A DNA stretch of 64,000 bases from Adineta vaga (taxonomy: Eukaryota > Animalia > Rotifera), in NCBI GenBank assembly GCA_021613535.1, contig CP075495.1, positions 10,912,001-10,976,000 of the forward strand, written 5' to 3'. Positions 1 through 12,270 of the stretch are shown here, piece after piece; position 1 is the stretch's first letter, and each line of letters opens with the position of its first letter. The notes beneath the pieces are model-generated. The model was not told the DNA's origin. It made no database searches and saw only the letters and a program-made list of their open reading frames with translations. A program made the translations under genes and the position numbers.

Positions 1-524
1 AAAATTTTCGAAACTGTTCCTTCGTGATTTGCTGATACTGGTGTTGGTGCAGTTGCAACAACAAGAATTCGATTGCCAGATTGCATTTCATGATGATCAA
101 TATCAACAATAACCGGTTCATCATCATCATCATCATCTCCAAGAAAAACTTCATCTTCATCGTCGTCAGGAATATGACGTTCAATACGAATCGTTCGTTC
201 AATCCGTTGTTCGAAATGTTCAGGAATTGATTCGACAATAACAATATTCGATTTTAATAAATCCACATCATTTTTCAATTGAACAAGTATTTCTTGATCA
301 TTTTTTTGACAATGTTTGATTTGATTTTGTTTTTCTTTAATTTCATTAGCAGTATTTGATACAATAGAATCAATTTCATGCATACGATTTGCATATGTTT
401 TATTAATTAATGAATGCATTTTCTTTTGCCATGTTTTCAATTGTATAACAGCATCTAATTTGATACTATCAACATCGATTTGATTAAGTTCTTCGTTTAG
501 TTCTGAAATAGACGTTTGTTCCAT
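1..524 (-). CDS. Coiled-coil protein of the rotifer 'QLxxW..H..I..Y' family with acidic stretch; runs off the left edge
   Basis: Open frame from ATG at 524: MEQTSISELNEELNQIDVDSIKLDAVIQLKTWQKKMHSLINKTY...DDDEDEVFLGDDDDDEP, no stop before position 1; ttctag acceptor immediately before the ATG. Confidence 0.75.
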   Translation of the reverse strand, partial: MEQTSISELNEELNQIDVDSIKLDAVIQLKTWQKKMHSLINKTYANRMHEIDSIVSNTANEIKEKQNQIKHCQKNDQEILVQLKNDVDLLKSNIVIVESIPEHFEQRIERTIRIERHIPDDDEDEVFLGDDDDDDEPVIVDIDHHEMQSGNRILVVATAPTPVSANHEGTVSKI

Positions 525-603
525 CTAGAAAAGACAAGCAAAATTAAATAAAATACTTTGTAGAAAATAAATTATTTGCTAGATTTAAATAGATTTAAAA
601 TGA

Positions 604-1728
604 TTAATAGTTCTTTTCACATTTTGTCGATTTATCTTCACCAATTTCATATTTATCAGGATTTTTAGATGCTTGTCTTAGACCTTTACGACATTTATCT
701 TCAGCATTACTATCTATTTCACATGATACAGAATAATTCTCTTCACCAACAAAACATATCTAAAACAGAAAAATATTTAAGAAAAAAAGGACAAGCATTT
801 TATCTATTGATAGTCTTACTTCATGTTCATCAGGATCGGATAGAATTACAACGGTATTTTTATTGAAATCTAAAAACCTACCTAATTTCATTTTTGAAAT
901 GAGAATTTTTTGACCGTCTTTTTCTATTCTATTTTGAATTATATCAATATCTTTCACTGGACAACTAAATGCTGCTCTTCCATAACCAGTACCGCGATCA
1001 ATCGGATGCTTATTTTCAATTAATTCAAGTTGACATTGATTATCAAGACGAAAATTATATTTTGATCGTTCATTGGTCGTTAGATTATTATAAGAAAGTC
1101 GAACACGGTTTTTATTCGATTCTTCTTCAATAATCGTCATATTTAGTAAACGTGTATAATAATCAGTTGATTTTTTTAAATTATAAACATTTAATGAGAG
1201 ACATTTGACGGGATCTTCATCTTTTTCAATATCTTTATCAATTAAAATAATACGATGACCGTCAGGTGAACTAATAACTAATGATTTGGAATCAGATTGC
1301 ATTTGTGATTTATCGAGAAATTTTTGTGCATTAATTATAGCTTGTCGACTATGAATTGTAATCGATGCAAAATCATTTCCATATTTATAACCTTGTACAT
1401 CATAATTATAGTTTAATTCCAAAGCAAAATAGGAATGTTCATCACCATAACTAGTTACTGTTTTCGACCATGGAGATTCAAAATTACCATTACATTGTGC
1501 TGAACAACCAGAATCCATGTCTTCGTGACGAAGAATATTCATACCTAAGATATCACAGAAAAATTTCGTTGTTTCGAAACGATCGCTTATTTTTAATGTA
1601 TAACGAAGAAAACGTCGATCTGAACATGTTGATTGTTGTTGTTGAGCTGAAGAAGAATTTGATGAGATTCGTCGAAAACTAGTAGATACATTTTTTACCT
1701 GATCAGAGAAGAAAAGAAGGAAATTCAT
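604..1728 (-). CDS. GLOD4: Glyoxalase domain-containing protein 4 (GLOD4-like, two VOC domains)
   Basis: Motifs LGMNILRHE, GCSAQCNG, WSKT, LELNYNY, GNDF, GYGRAAFS, VILSDPDEHE|ICFVGEE; last exon ~759-604 after a GT-AG intron; 5' end uncertain (1728, or an upstream ATG at 1776). Confidence 0.9.
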
Positions 1729-2157
1729 TTTCTGTAAATGAAAAAAAAAGATTTTTGTCTACTGTTTGAAGAACATGATGGTGAATTTGTTTCGACATGA
1801 TATATATTGCTTCATAATATGAGCACGTGTGTGTATATATAAATATTTTTCAGAAAAATGATGATTGGTGAAAATCTAAGCCAATGAAATTTCATTACCC
1901 AACGTGATGATCATGATCGTTGTCGTTGTCGTTGAAAGCGAATGTTAATGTCAAGTCAAGTTTTATGGTAACCGTAACTCGTAAGTAATTCATTTAAACT
2001 ATTGTTTTCTTTTCAGTAAGGAAATTATATCACATGCAATAAAAATCTATCTTTTATTTCAATTTCTTATAAAAATACTATATTGTTTAAATATGATCAT
2101 TTACAAAAAAAAGCAGATAACAGTAAGATATGATAGTATAGCTATTGATCATCGAAA

Positions 2158-4601
2158 TTACTGATAAGGATAAATATAAGTAGGATTATAAACTAATCGT
2201 TGTTCTCGATATTCTTGTCTTTGTACATATTCTGTAACATTTGTAGTTACAGGTGAATGACAAACAACTAATGTGGGTGTTGTTAAATGAGTTGGATATG
2301 GTAGCAGCATATTGGTTTGTTGTTGCCATTGATTAGCTGCCCATCGTTGACTGGCTTGAACTTGTTCTCGACCACGTTGTTGCATAGCTAAAATTTGTTG
2401 TTGTGTTGACCAAACTAGTTCATCAAATGTTCCCGATGGTTGATAACTAATTTGTTCTGAATCGAGTTGATCAACAGATTTTTGTCGTTGAATATGAACT
2501 GGTATCGGAACACGTAGTGAATCGAGATTAAATTCCGCGGAATGACGTCGTTGTCGTTCATAAACTGGAGCACCTGGCTCAAATTCTGTAATGGGTGGTT
2601 TTTGAGTAATACGTTCGATGATTACTTCACGTGGTGGTACTGGTTTATATGGTAACCATTTTTCAATAATAATGGATTGAGGTTTTGGTGGTAACTACAA
2701 ACAAAAATGAATGATTAGATAACTCTTATTGGAAAAACAAATTGATAACATACAGGTGGACTACGTTCAACGATAACACATCTTGCCGGTGGAGGTATAG
2801 GTGAAAGTATTTTAGTTACAACTGTTGTTTCTTGATGAGGTGGAGGCGTTGGTGGTGCTTCACGTAGAACTAATGGTGGAGGAGTTGATGGAGATGGTTC
2901 TTGAACTTTGACTATTAGTGGAGGAGGTGTGGGTTCACGAGGAGGAAGAATTTCTATGAAAGAGAAAATATAAAGTTATTAAACGTGATTTTCTTTTGAA
3001 TATAGAATTTGTTCATACCTCGAATAATCAATGGACCTGGCGGTGGAGGTGTAGGTGGAATCAGATATCGAAGTGAAATATTTTGCTCATAAGTTATAGG
3101 ACGTTCTGGATTTGTTTGTGATACTATTTCAGGATTTGGATCATTATGTACATCCGGATGAGTATGTAGAACTTGTTTATATTCTGAGAGTATTGAATTA
3201 TTATCATTATTATTATCAATATTATTCTTGATATTAATATATGATTGCGAATGTATCTGTGGAATTGTTTGATACGGTGATAATGGAGTAGGTAGAACTT
3301 GTTGATATTTTGAGAGTAGTCGATCATTACTATCACTATCATCGTTACTTTCAATATTGATATGTGATTGCGAATGTATTTCTTGAACTGGCTGATAAGG
3401 TGATGGTGGAATAGGTGGAACTTGTTGATAAGGAGATGGAAGATTGCCATATTGTTGATAAGCAGATGAAACATTTTCATAATATTGATGATTGGATGGA
3501 ACATTTTCATATTCTTCGTAAGCTGATATAACTTGATTATTATCTGGTAAGACTTCGTGTAATGATCCGACATGCTCTGATTCATCTGAAGAATGATGGT
3601 CAACAATCTTCACCCGATTTTTTGTTGATGAATGACGATCATTATTATTATTATGATTATTACCGGATTTTTTAAGAATCGATGTTATTGATGATGATGT
3701 ACGTTGCTCTGAATAAGGAATTGGTTCAACAATTGATGATCGACTTGATATTGAACTGGCTGTTGTTGCATCAACATCAGTGTCCTCATCATAACCATAC
3801 ATTTTTTGTATTTCATCTTCATACTGATTTTCTTTTTTCATTAAATTTGTTGGTATTGATTTATGATCGATGACTAAATTCGTTTGATAATCACGAGCTC
3901 GCCCATTTTGCGACGTTCTTTCATTTATACCATACTGAAGCAATGATGCAGAACGTTGACAGTGCTTTTCTAGATACCATCTTTGAAACTCTTCCTCAGT
4001 AAGACGTGAACGCCAAGCAGTCACGAGTGGTCCATGAGCACCACCCATCTTTAATACGATATTTAATAAAGCACTAACATTTTTCGAATTCGATTCCGTT
4101 GATGAACGTATATACGGAGTATCTATTCTACATCCGATATCCTCGACGATTTCAGTTAAATTAAATATATGTCCATCATTTTTCTTCGATTCAACATTAA
4201 TTGGTACAGTATAAGTATTTGTTGAATATTCTGAAATAGCATTAAGTTGCTCACTAGAATGTGCATGACGTATTGCAGATGAATCAACTTGAACACGAAC
4301 TGCACGGTGTCGATCATCGCTTGAATGACTGCGTTGATGAGTAACCTAAAAACATTCAAACATACGTCATAGAAATCTAGTTTGTTCTTCACCTTGAATA
4401 ATTTTCTTTTTTAGTATAAAAATAACTATTGAATATCTTTTGTCGAAATTTGTTACTTACATCATTTGATTGTTTTCGTAGATTATTCTGAATTGTAGTA
4501 AAATTACTATAGTGTGGTTCAGCATCGATGACATCCGCTTTAGGAAAGAGAACTTCATCTCTTTCAACAAAACTTTCATCAGTAGATTCAGGAGTTGCCA
4601 T
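2158..4601 (-). CDS. Large proline-rich protein with DPNP...ITYxQ...PPTPPPPGPLIIRE...EKWLPY core; 4 exons
   Basis: ORFs 4389-4601, 2954-4048 (open upstream to ~4345) and 2158-2385 join in frame via GT-AG introns; core shared with the gene at 23227. Confidence 0.8.
3170..3530 (-). repeat. Intragenic tandem repeats (10-aa units and a ~40-aa duplication)
   Basis: SAYEEYENVP/SNHQYYENVS/SAYQQYGNLP, then (YQQV..PxSPYQ...IHSQSxINI) x2; tgattgcgaatgtat recurs ~123 nt apart. Confidence 0.8.
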
Positions 4602-4992
4602 TCGTAGGAAAATTTTACTAGTATATCTTCAATGTCTATGAAAAGGTTATTTATACCTTAATATATATATGAGTAAACACATGAATGATTTTTTTTCTTT
4701 CTTTTCGTTTTCTCAAGTAATTGAGAATAGCAATGAAACATAAGTGTCCCCGCACTATTTTTTTTTTGTTTTTTTTTCGTCTTTTCATAATATGTATATG
4801 AATAATTTACTCATCAGACAGGTTGCTCATCTATTTCATACATGACACATGAAGAGGAAGAGAAAGATAGAGAGCGAAAGAGAAAAAATGTATATCAACA
4901 CCCCCGAGAAGGACAATTTAATTTCATGAAGGTTAAATATCCATCTTTACATGTTTTCTTTCAATTAATATAGATCTAAATCTTTGAACAAC

Positions 4993-7305
4993 ATGATGTT
5001 AACATGTACTGGATTGTATCTAATACGTAATCAGTTGATAAATTTGTTCAAATTAAATAAAAATAAATATTCAAATAATGATCAAATTCAATTAGATATT
5101 TTATCTCAAACAACTGATAAAATAGTCGGACAAATTCCTAAAGCTATTCGAGATTTTTCCTCTCAATATGGTTCTAATCGAAGTGATAGTTATGTCGTTG
5201 CAAATATTTGTTCAAATCCAGAAATCTATCCATCCTATGGTGATTCAACACATGCATTAGTATTTCGTACATATGGCTCATGGTGGATAACGATGCCATC
5301 GTATAAAGAAACAATAAAAAATTTTACACGATGGGAAAATAATTTTACCAGTCGAGATTTTATTGATATTGAATATCAAGAACTTGTTTATGAATATTTG
5401 TATTTACATATTTATGAAACATATAATCCCGGAACACTTGAAATTGTTTATGTTGGAAAAGAAGACGATGATGGAAATATTACATGGCATCGAGTATGGA
5501 CATTTCCCGAGCCATTTAGCATTATATTACATGATAATGAAGAACTTTTTATTGAAAATGGTAAGATTATTCAACAATATTAAGTTCTAACAATATCTAG
5601 ATTGTTTTTTCAGGTCGTCAAACATTCGATGATTTATTTCCCAATCATCATCTCAATTCAGATTCGAACATGAATAGCAACCAAACATCAAATATTCATA
5701 CTTATCACACATGTCCACCTGCTGCTCGTTTACCACGAATAGTAAAAATTTCTCTAATAAACAAATTTTCATTTCCTACACGATTTATTCGTTTGCAATT
5801 CGATCATAGTACTGTTAATTATTATTCAGAAATCGATACTGTTATTCTCTATGGTAAAACTTCTCCAACAAATTCGAACAATATCACTGAAAATATCAAA
5901 TCTTCTTCATCGGTAAGTGTTACATATCATGAATAATTCTTTCTAAATACAGAAAAAAACTCTTTTTTTTCCATAGATTCTCAATGAACAACAAACTGAA
6001 GAAATAAATGGTTCTATTGATTTAACAAAACTTCCATTTGATGTTCTTTTCATTATCTGTTCATATCTTGATTTACGTTCATTAGTGCATCTTTCACTAA
6101 CATGTCGTTTATTACATACTCAATGTCTTCATCCATTACAGTTTCAATCACTTAATTTACAACCATATTGGAATGGTATTACCAATTATTCCATCGAAAA
6201 TTTCTTCCGTAAATACTGTTCTCAAACTCGATATCTTTCATTAGCATGGACAAAATCTATTCAATGTTCATCATTTAATCAATTATTAAATATTTGTTCT
6301 ATAAATCTGATTCAACTTAATCTTTCTTGTTGTCAATATTTATCTGGACAATATCTTAAATTAATTGTCAATTATTGTCCTAATATTGAAATATTAAATT
6401 TAGAAAATTGTATTTCATTGAATAACTTAGATTTTATTCCATTAAAATATTTTCAACATCTTCGAATATTAAATGTTTATCGAACACATATTGATTATCG
6501 AACATTATTACCATTGATTGAAAATAATAAGAAATCTTTAGAGAATATTAATTTAGGTAGTTGTCAAAAATTGGGTGATGCTATTGGTATAATGAAATTA
6601 TTATTTGTACGTTGTTCTAATCTTCGTGCACTTGATCTTTGGCGTATTCAAGGTTTAACACACAATGGTTTCTGTTCGATTATTGGTTTACAATTTGATA
6701 TTAGTGAAGATAAACGACGAATATTAAATTTTTCTAAAGATGAACAGGAAGAATTGGCACTTCTCTATTCAAGTGTTAATATGCCGAAAGATATTCATTC
6801 AATAATGCATATGAAATATTTATCTGAAGTTGATCTTGGTTGGACTGATCCACCAGCAGGTTTTGTCAAAAATTTCGTACAACAAATTGGACATTCATTA
6901 ATTAAACTTGTTCTAGCCGCTTGTCGATGTAAGTTAAAAGCAAATTAAACTTTTGAGAGATTTCTTAGATATTGTTTGATTTGCTTAGTAAACTGAGACA
7001 GATTTTAGAAATACAATAATATATATTTCTTTTCGTTTTTAGGTGTCAATAATGATGATATTCTAGCTGTTAGTGAACATTGTCTTCAATTACGTCAACT
7101 TGATTTACTTGGCTCGAATATAATCACTGAATCTAGTATTGAAAATGTCTTACAACAATGTAAATATTTAGAATTTCTTGATTTATCTTTCTGTGATAAA
7201 ATATCCAATGATACAATTTCATTATGGCTTTGTCAATATAAAATTTGTTTTAAACGAAGTTATTCACCAATGACAACTGATGATCTTTCGACAGAATTTC
7301 CTTAA
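4993..7305 (+). CDS. FBXL4: F-box/LRR-repeat protein 4
   Basis: N-terminal DFSSQYGS..SY..NI...YPSYGD...VFRTYGSWW and IYETYNPG, F-box LTKLPFDVLFIICSYLDLRSL, Cys-containing LRRs, LSEVDLGW; 4 exons. Confidence 0.9.
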
Positions 7306-7632
7306 TAGAAAATTTGTTACGATTTATTATTTTTGTAATACAAATAAAGATAAAACATGTATCTATCGTAATGATCACACAATATCATAGTTATAAACAC
7401 ATATAAACAGAGGAAAACTGGAAACCAGAAAAGTATATACAATGTATTACTTGTTTCTAAGGTTATTGGGTCCTTTTTTTTCTTCTCTTCTCATTAGAAT
7501 ATTTGTTTCATCGATGAATTCACTTTGACTTTAAATATAAGCAAATAATCAAGAAGAAAAAGACGATAGAATGTATATCGAATGTATATATTTATTTATT
7601 CTTTCTTAATGAAATTTGACTGAAACAGATTG

Positions 7633-8651
7633 TCATGCAATATGTTTTATTTGATGATGAAGTTCTTCTAAATATTCTGCTCGTTCTTTGTAAATATAGG
7701 CTTTGACCTCATCATTCATGTCAATAATATTCATGATTCGTTCGAGATTTTCAACTGAAATTTGTTGAAGAATAGAAATAACTAGAAAATAATAAGATGA
7801 TAATTATTATTTCAAAGAAAACTAACAAGATAGAGAAATTACTTGATTGTATTATTTCGAAATTATTATCATAAAAATATGTTTTTAACCATAGACATAA
7901 ATTGAAAACAATATCATAAGCATCAAGACATGTTCCATCATAGAATTCACTAAATCAGTTAAGTATTTTTCCAAAGGACAAATGGAGAAGAAAAAAAAAA
8001 CAAGGTTACAAAGTTTCAAATAACTTACATCAGATCACGTTCTTTCAAACTATCATTTTCATTAGCAATATGATTATTAACAAAACTGTCTCCTTCCGCT
8101 TCAGAATTCTGACATTTACCAAGTACATGTCGTATTGTATTTAAATATTTCATTACATATAACTGACAAGCATGTTTCAAAACATCTAGAAATTTGAAAT
8201 AAAATTTCTTTTTCTACAAATATTTCGACAAACCAAATTGAAATCGATGTGAAAGTTTAACTAAAATGGAAATATTCTGTTGATTTATTTCCGGATTAAA
8301 AACTGGATAGATAAATTCCAGCATGAGAAGAAATTCATCAAGTGAAATATCATTGAATGTTAAACAGTCATCTTTGGTATTCAATTTTAAAAGTTCTTCA
8401 CATAGAATAGGTGATGCAGCTGCTAAGAGAGCTTTATCACACCAAATGAGTTGTTCTTGAAGATTGATTTTGATATTCGTAAATGGTCGTTCATGTAAAA
8501 AGTAATCATAAACATTGATTTTATTCGTTGATTTGGTTATTTTGAAATATTTTGATATAAAATTTTGTGAAGAAATCGATCGAGATCGTTTGAGATTATT
8601 AGTTGTCTGTTTTTTCTTGATAGAATCCGTACTAATAACTGTCATATTCAT
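7633..8651 (-). CDS. BTB/POZ domain protein
   Basis: FTNIKINL...DKALLAAASPIL...EFLLMLEFIYP...LVKLSHRFQF-DVLKHAC; 4 exons joined in frame, TGA at 7633. Confidence 0.8.
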
Positions 8652-10488
8652 TACAAGAACGAATAGAAAAATAGAAAAGATGAGAGAACGAAGCTTGACT
8701 TTTTTTATATGAAAAATTAGATATGTTAATATAAGCGCCAAAAAAAAGGGAATCAATAGTCAATCAATAGAAAATCATATCTATTTCTCCGTTTTTGAAA
8801 GATAAGTATACTGTAAGATTTTATCAAATGAATAATATGATTATCACAGTAGTGTTTATTTTATCTTGTTGCAAATATCGATTAAGCTAGGAGAAGAAAG
8901 AAAGAAAGAAAGAAAGAAAGACCTGGAGATGGCAAATGGAATAGTTTTCCTCAACATTTGCCTATACATGTCTGTATACAAATACATTTCCGCTGTTCAC
9001 CTCGTTTCGATATTGTTTTTTGTTGATATAAGTAATCATGTGTACAATACATATAATTAGATACGACGGATTCTTTCAATTAAAAGCAAAAAGAAAAGAA
9101 TTCGAAACACTCGTCGAAGAGTTTCTCTTCTTTCTTTTCGACAGTCAATTATGTTGCTATTTAATCTTTGATGGCAGTGCGTATTAAGTAGATTAGTATT
9201 ATTCAATTAAAGCAATGGATAAAAGTAAGAAAAATGTAGATTAAGTTAAGAGACAATGAAAAAAATCAAACACACAGGCAACCAGAGCGATGTACGTGTT
9301 GTATATTCGATTGCTGATTAGTATTCTTAAATATAGAATATGAATTGAGTTACCATTGGGAAATAACAATAAGTTCTATCTTATAAATTCCATAAACTAA
9401 CAGATGATTTCCCTCACGAGTTGTTCGATATAGTCATATTTTGATTTTCTATTCACTTTCAGTTAATCTTGTTTTACAAATGAAATTGTATTAGTATCCG
9501 AACGCTTTGACACTTAATTGTAATGTATTTAATAATTGTATTAAACTAACAATTCAAAGATGTTTCGTAATAAAATTATTCTTCCAAAAAGAAAACAAAA
9601 TTAGTCGACAGATCATACATGCGATAAAGACGATTTCATTTTCATCGTCTTTTATTTAACTTAATTATATAGAAAAGAGTCTTATTAATAATTTCTTTTT
9701 CCTTTCATAAGTAGAAGAAAAAGAAGTGTGATAGAATCTTTTTTATTTGGTTTTATTTATAAACGACTAATTAAAAAGCTCATAAACGTGTTGTCGCACT
9801 ATTACGTATAATCAATTTATAATTTTTGCGCAGTAAATTTTTCTTTTGTGCACTATTCTGCATGACTTAAGATAGATAATGTCACAAAATCATCTCTCGT
9901 ATTATCCATTAAATGAGGATCATGTAAGAATTCTCGAGATGACGAATATTCGTATTCGTACATAAATAGATAATTATATAATATAGTTTAAAGTTGATTA
10001 CTTCGTGTCTGATTACGATAAGAATGTCTTAACGAATAGAAATATCTGATTGTTATGAATAGTGCATTATCAAAAAGGTAAGAAGTAAGCTAATGCAAAA
10101 AAATGTCATTTATTATATAATTAGAACACCGTATGCACCCACATAAATATACAAAGAGCTCAGCATCACTTTTACTAATATTAACAAGAAAGAGCGTGCC
10201 GGAAAGAGCGAGAGAAAGAGGAGAGAAAAGTGTTTTCAGTATTTTTCATATATATATATATCATTGTCGCTGTCAATGGAAGTAACCAAAGGACGATGCA
10301 TTGCATCTTCTTTATCATATTTTTCTTCTCGTCTTTCTTTTTATTCTTCTATTCTCTATGTGTGACTATTCGGCTTTCGTGCCAGTTGATGACGAGTAGA
10401 ATAGCCTTCTTTTTTTTTCATTATTTCAAAGAACAGACATATAGATATATAATAGAGAAAAGGCATAAATTCTTTTGAAAGAAAAAAT

Positions 10489-10520
10489 GAGAGAGAGAGA
10501 GAGAAGAGAGGGAGGGAGGG
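10489..10520. repeat. (GA)n / (GAGG)n purine microsatellite upstream of the K2P gene
   Basis: gagagagagagagagaagagagggagggaggg. Confidence 0.8.
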
Positions 10521-10701
10521 AAAGACAAGTAGTTTTTATTCTAACAAATTTACTTGAAATTAAGAATTATCATATTATTCTTTTCAATATAATTCAGATA
10601 ACAAAAAGTATTCGATAAATCTAATGATGATTGTTTATTGAATGTTGTGACAATTTTCATTTTTCTTACTTTTGGCCTCCTGATAGCCATTCAATTATCG
10701 A

Positions 10702-12270
10702 ATGATTTTCGGTACACAAAACGTACGAACATTTGCACTGATGTTCATTGTGCTAGCTTATCTAATGTTTGGTGCAGCTGTATTTGATGCTTGTAAGTTT
10801 CTTCTTTTTCATCGTCATCTATTATAATTAGTTATAATTTCATATTCTAGTAGAATCAAAAGAAGAAGCGCATATACGTGCTGCTTTACGCATAAGAATG
10901 GCTCGTATCTTATATAAAAATGACACTATTCAAAATGAAACACTTTTTCATATGTTAACAACAACAATTTTTGAACATCGACATGTACGTACAGGAACAG
11001 CCAAACAATGGACATTTCCTGGTGCTTTCTATTTCTCAACTTTAGTTGTAACTTTAATTGGTAAATCGTTTTCCTTTTGAATTCATTTCTATATCTATCG
11101 AATTTCCTTAGGTTATGGACATACTACTCCAAAAACAAGTATGTTTTCCTCGATATTAATAGAATTTTCGGGCTTTTTTTAATATAAATAATGAGACTAT
11201 TTTTTAGTTGGTGGAAAAATTTTTTGTATGGTTTATACAGTGGCTGGCGTGTAAGTCTATTTGAAAATGAAGAATGATTATGATTGAATAGTTCATTTAT
11301 TGTAGACCGTTGAATTTAATTATGTTTCAATCAGCCGGTGAACGTCTGAATGCTATTATATCATTTGTATTATCACGTCTAAAACGTTTGTTACGTTTTC
11401 GTCGTCATAAAGTTTCTAGCTTTGAATTAATTGCTGTTGAATTCGGTATGACAACAATGCTGATACTCGGTGGTTCACTTATATTTTGTAAACAAGAAAA
11501 ATGGACATATTTCGAATCAATCTATTATTCATTTGTTACATTTTGGACGATTGGTAGGATTTTGTTGTCTTTCTAGAAAATTCCTCAAAGCTATATGTGA
11601 TATTTCATTAGGATTTGGTGATTTTGTTCCTTTAGCAAATATGCAACGTACTGGTCAATCACTTTATTCACGATGGGGTTATTTTATATTTACTGTTTCA
11701 TTTATTTTATTCGGTTTAGCAATTATGGCTTCTTCATTAAATCTACTAGTACTTCGTTTAGCTCAATTTCATTCAGAAAATGGTACAGGTGGTATATCTG
11801 CATTACTTGGTCGAAATGAAGAAGATCTCATTGCAGCTGCGATTGCTCATCATCGAGCATCGATTCATATACAGCAACGTAATCATATTTGTTCAAGTCA
11901 TAATGATAATAATATGCAACAATCGGAAAAGTCAGCACAAGTATATAAATTAATGCGAAATTATTCATGGTATTCTGCAACCTCATCATCATCATCGTTA
12001 TCGATATCTTCATCGAATTTAAAGTTTCATTGTAAAAAAGCTTCCAATGAACGAACGATTTGTTCAGGATTATTGTTATTTAATAATCAAAAACGTAAAC
12101 GACGTCATTGGCATCTACGTCGATCACCTCAAAATATTAAACATTTACTTTATTTTGATCATCTATTGGACAATCATCAATTATCTCTAGCACAAAAATC
12201 AGCAAATAGTCATCGAACGCATCATATCTTAGGTATCAATAAACAAACACAACAAAGAATTTCCATATAA
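10702..12270 (+). CDS. Two-pore-domain K+ channel, TASK (KCNK3/KCNK9/sup-9) subfamily
   Basis: QNVRTFAL...YLMFGAAVFDALES; QWTFPGAFYF; P1 TLIGYGH; GGKIFCMVY; MFQSAGERLN; P2 TIGFGDFVP; SSLNLLVLR; 6 exons including 27- and 43-nt exons. Confidence 0.93.

Noticed and set aside
3124-3606. 160-aa alternative-frame ORF in the proline-rich gene
   Set aside because: Shadow frame kept open by the tandem repeats and codon bias
8866-10478. Short ORFs 8866-9060 and 10230-10478
   Set aside because: Phe/Ile/Lys-rich translations of low-complexity AT-rich intergenic DNA
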